Assembly (NCBI GenBank): GCA_030704615.1
Contig: CM060733.1
Span: 12,958,001 to 13,022,000 of the forward strand
Reading direction: 5' to 3'
DNA length: 64,000 bases
DNA from: Takakia lepidozioides
Lineage: Eukaryota; Plantae; Bryophyta
The notes beneath the pieces are model-generated. The model was given only the letters and a program-made list of their open reading frames with translations, searched no databases and had not been told where the DNA came from. A program made the position numbers and the translations under genes. How positions within the stretch are numbered: position 1 is the stretch's first letter; each line of letters begins with the position of its first letter. Shown in pieces: positions 1-11,494 of the stretch.

Positions 1-351
1 TCCATTCCAAGGATCTTTTTCTTCTGTAATGTTTCCATGGACCTGTTGCGGAAGCTCAAAAGCATGCCGTACTGAGATACTAACGTAGACAGCTCAATGA
101 TGAGCAAACTCACACCTCATATATGGTGGATCAACGAAAATCCTCTCACTAAACAAAAATGGATCATGTTGTCTGAGAGGATAGTCAGCCACAACAACAT
201 GATAAATTACCAACTGAACAAGGCTGAGCGATTACCATTCGCTATGGTCCGCTGGGACCACTTCTCTAGCATCACAAACCAAGAGAGGGGAACATCTAGA
301 CAACGGATCAAACAAGCTTTGTCTAGTTTTGGCTCTTAGTCTCTTGTCAGA

Positions 352-500
352 TTTTTATTTTTATTTTTTTGGCACAAGTGAAGGCAAGTTTACTTCACTC
401 CGAAGAAGAGTACAAAGCAACCCCCAGCCAGGAGATAAAGGGGCTTCACCCCAAGCCCAGCAGGGGCGTGGAGATCAAACTAGTGTGATTGTCTATATTG
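352..500 (-). mobile_element. Possible degenerate tRNA-derived SINE
   Basis: Minus strand shows a weak B-box-like AGTTTGATCTC, a GC-rich body and an A-rich tail (T-rich 352-370 on plus). No TSD found. Confidence 0.3.
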
Positions 501-1822
501 GTGTTATATAAGCTGGTTATCTCAACAAAACCATTGGTAAGTTTCCCTCTTGATTCGCCAAATGAACCGTGATTTATGAACGCAAGATGAACGTAGGGAA
601 TCACAAAGAAACTACCTGCCGTGAGAGAACTATGGTTTCCAGCTCTTGCATTGTGACTGCTGGTGGCCCGGACCTGAACTGAACGCCCTGCTTTTGATCG
701 CCCAATATATAATCACCATTTTATAGCAGTATACGAATTCTCTACACATGATTTTCATATTATTTCTCTACTTCCGTTCATTCATGCCCAGACAATGATT
801 ATGGTATCGAGGAAAGATGGAAGAGATGTCTGTCAGAGGCAACATATGCTTGGCGGTTGTCGACCCTCCATCAAATCTTCTTTGAAACCATAAAGACTGG
901 GAATATTCATCCCATTGATTGCCGCATTATATGGCCTTTAACCCTATACCCACGCAATTGCAGCTACACACATTCCAGCTCCCAATGAACTTCATCACAT
1001 AAATAATGAATCTGATCCCGACGAATTAACTCAGAATCTGCGTTGCGCGGATACTGGATACATACCACGAAACTCCACAAACCTTGGAAAGTATCTCTTG
1101 GCTTGCGCTCGAGGAGATTGATGGAAGGTGGGGTCAGCCATATTGCCATGCACGCAGTATGCACGCCGCTGTTTTTCTTTGTTTGGCACCAACGGCATGA
1201 ATTATCCGCTCTCTCAAGTTGCGCACTACAATCATTGTCTAGACGTTCAAACAAACGCACCGCAAGAATAATATAATACCGCCACAGCTGATTCAGTTAG
1301 ATCAGGCAGGAGTGCCGCCTACCTAGCATCGGCGGTATCGTATTTATGATTCCAGCGTCCGAGTATGTGAATTCACATACGATAGCTGGCGGTTAGGGCT
1401 GGGCTGGATGGATGCATGCTGGTAGGAATTTTTCAATGTGTCACATTCATCCATCCTCATGCTTTCGTTCTCAATAATAATAGCAATGTTCCCTTTTCAA
1501 AGAGGTTAGTTTCTTCTCTCATTTGTGAGCGGGTGTTTCCCTTTAAAAAGACAAAGAACACCTTGTGGGTGCCATAAAGCAATTACAAAGAGAAGGCCTG
1601 CCGTCTACCGTCTGCTGCCATAGGAGGTGGAGAGTGTTGAGAAGTGCAAGCTTAATCCTAGAATCCCAGTGTAAGACTAGGGAGCATGACTGAGCACAAC
1701 ACCCGAATCGGTGCCTTGACAGGGTGTCCTTTGACCTCATTTTCCTCATTGACTTCAACACGATGTAGAGTCTCTCTCTAGAAGAGAGCCAACAAATTAG
1801 CGGGATTTAAACCTAGCATCAT

Positions 1823-2590
1823 CTGGGTGGGCGGTAAGTGCACCGACCGATGGTATTATTCTTTGCTTCTAAACGACTCTGAGGGCTTTGTAAACTCTTT
1901 TCAAAAAGATCCCAAACGGAAAAAAGAGAAAATACTTACACCAAACACCTTGAGTCACCTGGGTGGCAGTGGGTGCACTATCCACCGACGGTGGTATATT
2001 TCCTTTCAAAAAAAAAAAAAAAAGGGGACGGAGACCCTTTTAATCAAATTAGATTTTAAAAAGGTTCACAAAAAGGTAGAAAAAATAACCACCAGGGAGG
2101 CCGTAAGGCTAACAGAGGGGAATCTTCCAGGGGAACCATAGCCTACAAGCTATCTGAAGAGGTGAGAAAACCCAGAGAGAAGACAGATGTTGTAACGAGA
2201 TGAGAAGAGGGGAGAAGAGTGCCAAGGAGAATGCTGATAAGCAGCAAAATTATCCAAAGCCTAGAGTGAAGAGGGACGAGAATGCCACATTGTAAGTACC
2301 CTGACTGGAAACAGGAACCAGGCTGCAGATAATGGCAGCTGCTACGTACTTTTCTAATAACCGATTCTCAGGGCTTCGTAAACCTTTTTCAAAAATTTCT
2401 CAAAAGGAAAAAGAAAAAAGAAAAATGGACACTCCCCAAAGGGAAGGGGGAGAACCCCTACAAAGTAACAGGATTTTGTGCCCACAATCACCTGGGTGGC
2501 AGTAAGTACACTTTCCACTGACTGGTGGTATTTTATCCTTTGCTTCTAACCGACTCTCAGGGCTTCGTTATCTTTCTTCAAAAAGTTTTC
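1823..2590. repeat. Locally repeated module CTGGGTGGCRGT...TGGTAT...CTTTGCTTCTAA...CTCTSAGGGCTT
   Basis: Partial copies start near 1823, 1957, 2351 and 2489. Probably subterminal repeats of an old TE. Confidence 0.5.
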
Positions 2591-5500
2591 AAAAAAATAT
2601 GGACGCTGCCCCCTTCAATTCTCCCAAGACACCCAAATTTTTTTCGGGAAAAAATCATACCTGCTAGCTATGGGAACATCGGCCCAAAGTCTAAGCCCAC
2701 TTGAATTTTGAATTTGAATTTTGAGCCTCTCCATCATAAACTATATCTTCTGGGGAAGGCATCTTCCGTGCTCCTTTCTAGCATATCAGTTCCATTCTTC
2801 TAGCTGAACGTCTTGCTTGTTCGGATTAAAGCTTGCGATCTCTGGGCCTCCTATAGCAGCCAGACAGTAAGCCTTCTCTTTGTAATTGCTTTACTGCACC
2901 CTCAAGGTTACTTTCTTTGCTTTTAATCAATTCTCGGGGTTCGTTACGTTTTCAGAAAGAACAAAAGAAAAAAACTTTGGCTGCCCTCAAACCTGGTTCA
3001 ATTGGCATACCAAAAAAGTAAAACTAAGAAAAAAAAGATAATCATACCGCAGGCTTCTACCCCTAGTTATGTGCCAAAGAGCGCGACCCCAGAAAGCTGC
3101 GAGCGTGGCAGAATGGAGGGGCTGGGCAGGGCGTGGGGCTGCGAACCCATAAACAGGGTGGCAGGGGCCTGACTCGTCGTCGCGCACACGAGAGCATCTC
3201 GCAGCCCCCAACGGGTCGCGCGGCGCACACCCGGCCGCGTCGCCTCTATGTAGGATGCTCCAGTCAAATGCCCACCATGCAGCAGCGCCCCCGCAGCTTC
3301 GCCCTCTCTTTTCGGTGGTATGTCAATATGCTGGACACCGACTCGGCTTTCTTCTCGCGCGCATCGCTGGCTGGGGAGGATTGGCGTGGCGGTGGGACAA
3401 TCTTCTTGTTCACATCCTTTGCACTGCTTTTTACATGCACGTCCTTCGTCGAGAGTACGTGACAATATTAAACTATGTTTAATGTTTGGGATGGCGTTGT
3501 GCGACGTCCTTCTCACGAACGCGGGAGGTGAGCACGCCTGCCAGCAACTGTCTTATCTAACTACCTTAAAGCTGACACGATTGTTTGCTAATCGGTGAGG
3601 CGTAGTGTGAGAATTGAGAGCATATTCATGGTTTGACTGGCTAGCGGCATCGTCGAAATCATTGACTTTGAATACTTCCAGCTCCTTCATTTTTATTGTA
3701 CTCCATCCTTCTTCTTATTTCCGTATTTAGTACCTCAACCGAACCTTTCACAACTGGCTTTTGGTAAGCTCTTGGTAAGTACCTAGCATGACAAATACGA
3801 TTAGTTCTATTCACAAGGTGTGGGCCAAGCATTGGAGGGTCAGTCACGTGACATGGCCATGGCATACATGGCACCAGTGTATTGGAGCTTACCTAGTCAA
3901 ACATATTTTATATGCCTTGTCAAATACTGCGATTTGATTCTTGTCAACCAAGGCTCTTCCAAGAAAGCCCCCCCAAGTAACTTAGAAGGAGACAAAATTC
4001 GAAAGAAAGAAACAAAGTTTAAGAATGACGGTGATAGTTATTATTAAACATCCATAGGAGTACAATTAATGGGTATTCTGAAGAATGATGTCAGATGAAG
4101 ATTCAGTGAAAGACTCAAAATATTATGGTCATGTCCTTATCCTGATCCTTCAGTATAATATAACAACCCGTACACAATCAGACTGCAAGTGGCACCCTGA
4201 AGGACACATCCAGGATGCTTTAGTAAATTACGTATGTTAGTCCAATGGACCCTCAACTTATGGAGTTCGTGGTTAGTACGTTAGTACCCCAAACCGACCA
4301 TTGGAAGCTATGGACCATGACTGGCCCCATAGTAAGTCTGAATTCTAAACAACACAACGGCCTCTTGAGACCCACAGAAGGCAGATTGGAAATAACCAAT
4401 AAGCTAGCAGCACCTGTTGATCCCCCTTTAGACTGGGGGGTACCCCACTCATAAAGGATCTGACAGCAGCGGGTACCCCAAAATTCCTCAAGTGAGCTTT
4501 GCCGATGCGTGGAGCTTGCGCAATCGTAGCGGGCAGAATGCTTCCCCGTGGTGCCATTGCCATGTCCTAGAAATCTTAAGAAATTTTTTATGGTGTCAAT
4601 AAACTATACCTGCAATATACCTCTTTAGTCTATGAGGAGAAAGTGATGATCCCTCATGGACTCCTCGGTCTCTTTTACTTATATATATATATATATAATT
4701 TCCAGCGCCACTTCTAAATGTATTCCGAAGGGCTCCACTCCCCCTTTTGAATTTTTTTAAATTGTTTAAAAAAAAAAGGAGAAAGTACCCACCTGACTGC
4801 ACAGTGGGGTACCCAAACACAGTCATACAAAAATGTCAGTATGTGGTTGGGTTTTAGTTGTGGTGTTTCTAGTCTAAAGAGGGCCTGAGAGAGGCACAGG
4901 TATGGTTATGAGGAAGAGACTGGCGCGGCGATAAAAGCTGGGAGCAGCATCATCATAGAGGGATGGGAGGGCGACAACCAGCAGCGCCGCCGCCATGCGT
5001 GATAAAGCATAGCGTACTATTGATAGAGCAGCGTGCTATAATAGGCAGACGAGCATGGGCCCGCGTCCCTTGTCACCACGCGCGCTTTGCCGCACTCTCC
5101 ACCGTCTTGTGCACTTGCCAACTTGCTCCACGATACCTAGCTACTACAATCATCATGTATGTTACGCTGCCTACATATACCGATGCTTCCATTTCATCCT
5201 AGTAGTAGTCCACATGGCCATTATGTATCGACATGTGCTAGGAAGCGACACTTTCCTAAATGCAGAGTAGGTATGCAGAGGAGGGGAGGATTAACGTTCA
5301 CCGATCGTGGGAAGGGATCATGAATGAGCACACCGCAATCGTATACCATGCTCAGAATGAATATCACTTGTCAGATTTCTGCTCGACGTCATGTACTAGG
5401 TCATTGAATGTCTTGGATAATCCTGACAAGCCAGGTTTATCTCCGTCCCAAATGATCCTAATTGATTGTAATATTTTCTTAGTTTCCTCCATAGAGGTTT

Positions 5501-6561
5501 TGGGCAAACCATTGGCCAAACGGAACGAGGGAATCCGAACGGGATCTGAACATGAGGTGACTGCCCACAACGCACGGATTCTGCGAGTTGTTGCATTAGT
5601 TCCATGGAATGCGATATGACCGAATGAGGGAATGAGGCATCATTAACTTATTGTTGTAGTTTCGCGGTTTCTCTTTCTTTGGGACACGTTTTCTCATGTA
5701 CATGTTCTGGTTTTCTACAATAATAAAACCCTTCAGATTCACCATCGTCAATCTTTCCAGTCAAGGTTTACCAGAAACTTGCACGTCAACTTTTCTAGGG
5801 ACTTGGCCGGCCCCACCCCCCACATGAAACGTAAATCATCCCCAAAAAACGTATCTGCTAATTTCCAGCTTGAACACGAGTAGCCTTCCTATTAGTGGAC
5901 ATGCATACCGGTCTGTGACAGGCCCTCCACCATCCTTCGCAAATCATATCTTACATGTGAGCCAAACAACTTGATTGCCAAACCTGGCACCCGTTCTTCA
6001 GTGGGACCTCAACTGGCTGCAACAAATAAGGGCTGAGTTGCTCCAAAACACGATGAGCGTCTTCCAGATTTTGGCAAGATTTGAAGCTCTTTGCCTCACC
6101 TACCATAACCTCGATGGCGATGCAATAATTCATTCCTCAAGGAGAGTTTACACCTCAGAATACGCAAAGAGGATACTTTGAGATTTTCTTTAATGGGTTG
6201 TTTACATTTACTCCTTCGAGCAATTTCAACACCATGATCAAAGACCCCAGTATAGAATTTGAAAACCAGCAAGAAAATCCGAGTTTGGTGGATCCAGCTT
6301 TTTCTCCTACATGCAACCCCACAAAATCAGTTCATGTAGCCCAGAGTATAACTGTTACCTGGCTGATTCGAGGTTTGAATGTTGGATTCCTTCTTGAAAG
6401 AGAGAATTCTTAATCCCGCAACCCAAATTAGCAAGAACCAAATAGCCAAAAGGAAAAGTCGCAAACAGAAGGCAATGTGAACGAGGCGCGGTGCTGAGGT
6501 GGGGTTACCGGCTGCGGTCGGCGCGGACTTTCAAGAGGTTGGGCGCCGTAACCGGCAAGTG

Positions 6562-6569
6562 CTATATAT
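6562..6569 (+). promoter_or_regulatory. Candidate TATA box of the MIR529 primary transcript
   Basis: CTATATAT follows a GC-rich stretch about 420 bp upstream of the hairpin. Confidence 0.3.
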
Positions 6570-6983
6570 GACCGGTGTTAACCCGTATCCAGGAATGCTG
6601 GTTCTTGCTGCTAATTGGGCTGTGAGGATCTTGCTTTCTACCTCCTCTGTCGCTCTCCGCTAGGACTGTCTCCACCACAGATTGTGGACCTAAGCACTGT
6701 TCAATTGCACTTGATGATTGTGGTCAGGCCTGCAAAGGCAGCGCCTTTGCTATCTGGTGGCTGGGCACCTGGTGATGGTGTCTGTAAGATGCTGCCTTGT
6801 GTGTGTGTTGAGGATTTGCAAAGATATGCACACCGTCTCTGTGACTCGCTTCTCAAGACTGATGTAGATTGTGGACCAAAAAGCACTGTTCAATTACACT
6901 TGGTGATTATGTGGAGTGTGTTGATTATGGGGTGATCGGATGTGTGTCTGTGGGTATAGGATTTGCGAGATATGCATGCAAGC

Positions 6984-7090
6984 CGGGTTTCGAAGAGAGA
7001 GAGCACAGCCCCAACTTGCAGGCCATGGTCACTGGAAGATTTCTAGGACATGGAGTGGTGGTGGGCTATGCTCTCTCTCTTCTAGTCCCG
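6984..7090 (+). ncRNA. MIR529: miR529 precursor hairpin (miR156/529 family, targets SPL mRNAs)
   Basis: CGAAGAGAGAGAGCACAGCCC (6991-7011) matches the moss miR529 mature sequence as I recall it. It pairs with GGGCTATGCTCTCTCTCTTCTAG (7063-7085), and the stem is extended by CGGG/CCCG at the base. Strand is not fully certain. Confidence 0.8.
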
Positions 7091-9693
7091 ACTTCGCTGT
7101 GCCATAGGTGCTCTCTCTTCTAGTAGGTACCACTTCGCTTCGCTGTGCCATCCACACCGAAAGTTTGGAGACGAACCTAACGAAGGCCGCGGGGCCATCA
7201 TTATCTTCCAGAGGCTGCCACCGCGGTAAAAAATTGAGATCAGTGAAGATATCGAACGATAAGCAGATAACCAGGCCGACGAGACAACAGCCGGGAAAGC
7301 ACTGCAGTTTGGTCTCTTTTCGACGCCTATCGCAAAAAAAAAAAGGTGGACTCCTTCCGAGCATAAATTATGGTGTCTCTTCACCTACGAAGGGCTACTG
7401 CCTTCCTTTTGAAAGGTGGGACACCTTTCATGCTAATCCTGTAACGGTTGATGGCATTGAATAGGAACTTACTGGTGCACAAGAATCTTGCCGCCTATGA
7501 TCAGGGACCACCAGTTTGAAATTATCTTCAATCGTGTGCACACTTGCTGGAAAGCCAACATCTTAGAGGCTTTGGTGGTTTCTCTCTCTTGTAAGGTGCT
7601 GCTCAGTAAACCGTATCACTTTCCGTGGGAGCTCATGCTCAAGGCTTTGTACGAGGAGGGAAAGGATGCCGTGAACTAGGTTAGAATAGGTTAGAAATGT
7701 CAGGGAGACACTTTTGACTTCATACGTCCTATCTCAGTCCACAGAGTTTTCAGAACTGGATTTGCTGTCAGACGGATGCCAGTTGCTCCAGCCGCTTGGG
7801 ACTCTCAAGGACTTCGCAAGTACTCATTTCTTGAGCTCACTTGAGGTTTGATTCACGTCTCCTCGCCTAAGATTCTCCTTCTCATTATAGATAAATGAGA
7901 ACATCCTTGATCCCTGACGTCTAGCTTTTTCAAAAGTATCTGCCATCTTGTTGTACACTGTTTAATTTGTGATTGACCAGGAGGAGAGACAATGTAATGA
8001 TTCACTACCAACTCATAGGATTAGTGTTCTCATGCTTTCAGTGAATTAATGTCCTTGATTTCCCGGTGGTTCTTTATTTCCAGCAGCCCGACGTGGTTGG
8101 CACATGTTGAAGGATTGAACCCAAGATCAGCCTGGTTATGCACAGGCAAGGGCACAGACACCCCAACCTCTGGGCTTCCTGCTCAAAAAAACTCGTGTCA
8201 TCTGACCCTCATTCAATCCTTGCGATAGCATTTTAACAGTAGAACTGAGAACAGTGCGATTCCGCTTACTGACCGAAATTTTTCCAAGTCATTGGCCTTG
8301 GCCATTCTCCATCGTCAATAAATCTCAATCCACATTCCTCTCGCACAGTGGCTTTGTGAATCGAAGAGTAGACTGATCGTGGCTTACACCGCCCACTGTG
8401 ATCACCTACCTTGGGCTAGGATCACATGTACAGAAGTTTAGTGACGTCCTCAGCCGATGCCTGTCCAGCAGGTAGACATTGTATATGGTCCTTGAGGAGA
8501 GGTTGCTTGTGCAGTAAGGGTGGGATGTCTCATATTGTATGATGTTGCGGCTTCGTGAGTAGAACTGGCTTAAATGCAGTCAGGTTGGGGAATTGTTGAG
8601 GTTGGCAGTCTGGATATTCAGATATGAATAACTCCATGCTGTTTAAATCCTTGCAAGCGTCATGTCTTTCGTGGGACTCTCCAGTAGAAGTGGAATGCTT
8701 GAAAGCCTCATTATTCTTCATCTCAGAACTTCCTTCCTAACCAGTCTTGCCTGCAAAGTTGATAAATGCAGATATGAATGACTGCAAGCTGGTGTAACTC
8801 TTTGCAAGAGTATGTCTTTTCCCAGGGCTCTCTGCAGGTCCGTCAGACTGCCTAAAAACCTCATCCATCTCTTTGTTTGTGAAATAGTTGAGTTGTGTGA
8901 GTTGTGAGTTAGGTGTGTGAGTTGATGCAAAGGTAATACACACACACATTTGACTGACAAATTTAAACATGAGATATAATGAGGAAGGGTAGACTCGGTT
9001 CTCTTCTTGGGGCGTTAAGTTGTCAGTGTTAGCTAAACTGTCAATTGCTCCAGGTGTGAATTGCTACTTACCACCTAGTTGCTTATATATCCTCAGGCTT
9101 CTGATTGTGAATTTGACCTTGACTGAAAGTGGTGGAATGGGTAGGTGGTTTCACTGCTCCCACTTCTTTGGATTATAGGAGCCTCTGATTGAGTTCATGC
9201 CAAAAGAGTCCCTTGTCAATAATGGAGAGTATACATTCAGACGAACTGGTTTGCAATGCCAGGACTCCAGCCTTCTCAATCGATGTCAGCTGCTTTGGAT
9301 ATCTTTTGGAATTTTTTCTTGGAATTTTCTCTTGATCCAGGATTATGGATAGGATGAGAGTTCTCTTGCTTCCAATGAAATAATGTTCTGTGCATTCCCG
9401 GTGGTTCTTTGTTTCCAGCAGATAGACTGTACATGTCAACCACAGATCAAAAGCTCGGATTTTTTCCACAACTACATACTCGAGTTCTCTCCAGATCCTG
9501 ATCCGCCTGCATTCAGGGTGTTTGGCCATTGCCCACGCTATGGCAGAGCTATTTAAGCAGACAGTGCTCCAAGAAAAGGTTTGCACTCCACGCTGCAAAC
9601 AATCCTGTTCGGATTTCTAGAGCTCTATAGCTATCTGCAGCCAGTTTGATTGTGCAAATGAGTTTTATGGGTTTGACAGCCAACAATATTGTA

Positions 9694-9767
9694 CATACAC
9701 TTCATGTCATAACAAAGGGATAGTAGTCGTAACTAAAACAAGTCTTTGTTATGACATGAAGTGTATG
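9694..9767. mobile_element. 74-bp Tc1/mariner (Stowaway-like) MITE
   Basis: Perfect 24-bp TIRs CATACACTTCATGTCATAACAAAG (9694-9717 and 9744-9767), flanked by TA on both sides. Confidence 0.75.
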
Positions 9768-10549
9768 TATCAATGAACCACTCGGAAATGAAGCTATCAT
9801 TCAAAAACAGAACTATCATCAAAATGTCTTCATGCAATTTTTTGGTTTGTTGGATATGGGATGCAAGGAAAGTAATGGGGATTATCCTGCACATGATAAA
9901 GTGAATGGTTGAGGTTTAAGTCAATTCGAATGGAACGGTCAGATTTGCTTGTGTATCAGCATGATTGTTCCAAATGCCATGGATGTGAATGTAGTGATAG
10001 CCACCAAAGAATTTCACATTAGCAGCTGTCACTGCATATCATACACTGCAATTGTCATCACTTTTTGGTAGGCATACTCTTAAACATGGCAAGTCCATTT
10101 TTCCATGTTGAGCTCTCTATATATTTGGATCAAATGAATGCTTTGATAATATCTTGTAGCTCAAATGTGCAAGTCGGTATACTTCACTTAGGATAGTATT
10201 TTAACTTCTTTTTAATTATGGCTCGTTGAAAATGAATCTGTTCCTCCAATAAAAACCTTTAAAAAAATTAAACAAATTGTTGAAAATATCTACCGTGGGT
10301 GATGGCGGTCAGGTACATTTGGAAAAATCATAAATAAGGTTCGATCACTGTAAACGGGACAATGTTTGGACAACTAAGACATACATAGGACAAAACTGGC
10401 ATATGCATCAGGGGCTGTGACATTTTCAACTGAAGCCTGCATTGTATACAACAGATATGCCCACCATTTCCATGTCAGCAAACTTGTGGAAAGAATGTCA
10501 GCAGTGCTCTCTCCTACAACGTTTTAAGAGGATGTTGTTACCTATCAAG

Positions 10550-11006
10550 TGTGATGCCCCAAACTTTCCTCATCACTGGTTTACCTTCTTCATCCAAAGC
10601 GGCGATACTCATTCGTAGTATAAATTTTTGGCTTAAAATACCATCGAACCCTACAAAGATATCATAGCCAGGGTTAGTTATGGCTTGTGGCTGCATCATA
10701 GCCGTTCAACAGATCTAGTGTTTTGATGTGGCGCCGCGAGCTCGCCCTGACACGCCTCGCCACGCATCATGAAGGCATGCAGCTAGGGTTTGTATAAAGT
10801 GGCGGCCTGACCTTGTGTCAGGCAGCTGATGTACTCTGGTGTATGTAGATGTGGAAAGCTGTCTGAATGCGATACGTGTGTATGATTTTTTGTCAGTTCG
10901 CTCGTTGAGATCCTCTTCTCGCGTGCATGCATGCTCCTTTTGTTCTCCCCCCGTTGTTTTGAAGAGCACTTGAGAAGATAGACAGATATTCGTCCTGCTT
11001 CTTTTA
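10550..11006 (+). repeat. 5' LTR, ending CTTTTA without a terminal CA
   Basis: Aligns with 18100-18557 and is followed directly by the PBS. TATAAA near 10793. Confidence 0.95.
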
Positions 11007-11024
11007 TGGTGGAGGCGCGCCGGG
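11007..11024 (+). promoter_or_regulatory. Primer binding site, probably tRNA-Ala
   Basis: TGGTGGAGGCGCGCCGGG abuts the LTR. TGGTGGAG is complementary to the CUCCACCA 3' end of tRNA-Ala; the match beyond 8-9 nt is uncertain. Confidence 0.7.
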
Positions 11025-11494
11025 TGTTTTCCTTGATCATTTAAACGGCGTGCTTAGGTTAAGATTAAGAGCTCCTCGGTGTCTTATAAAGATGGCGGCA
11101 GCCCGCCACCCTGCAGTGTATTTGCTTAGTGTTGAGTTCTCTCGCTTGCTCGTTAATCTTGCTTATGTTTCAAACTATGGCGTCTCATGTGTCGATTACT
11201 AGAAGTGTTGTTAATCGTGAAGGCGAGCGCTTGCATGTAGAGCTTGATCTGGTCGTTTCACTTTCTGCTTCATCTGCTACAATTCTGACTCTCACGACAT
11301 CACCAAGGTGATCTCCTGTTCGACCTGGCCTTGAATTAAGGACGATCGTGGTGTTGCGGGCTGCTGTAGCGGATTGCTACCCATCCCTACTCGCCGACTT
11401 TGGCTTAATCAGAACTCTTGTTGGTATTCGTTGCTTCCAGGTTATCCCTCTACTATTCCTATATCTTGACATAGTTTAATCAGAACAAAATATT

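Noticed and set aside
1-340. Possible 3' end of a LINE ORF2
   Set aside because: No diagnostic motif is visible.
2987-3600. Overlapping GC-rich ORFs
   Set aside because: Open in many frames because of composition, with no recognisable domain or splice structure.
4440-4500. KGSDSSGYPKI resembling His-Me endonuclease N-termini
   Set aside because: Too short, and the downstream His/Cys motifs are absent.
5950-6420. LINE ORF1-like fragment (NLEDAHRVLEQ)
   Set aside because: Only a faint resemblance, with no supporting domains nearby.
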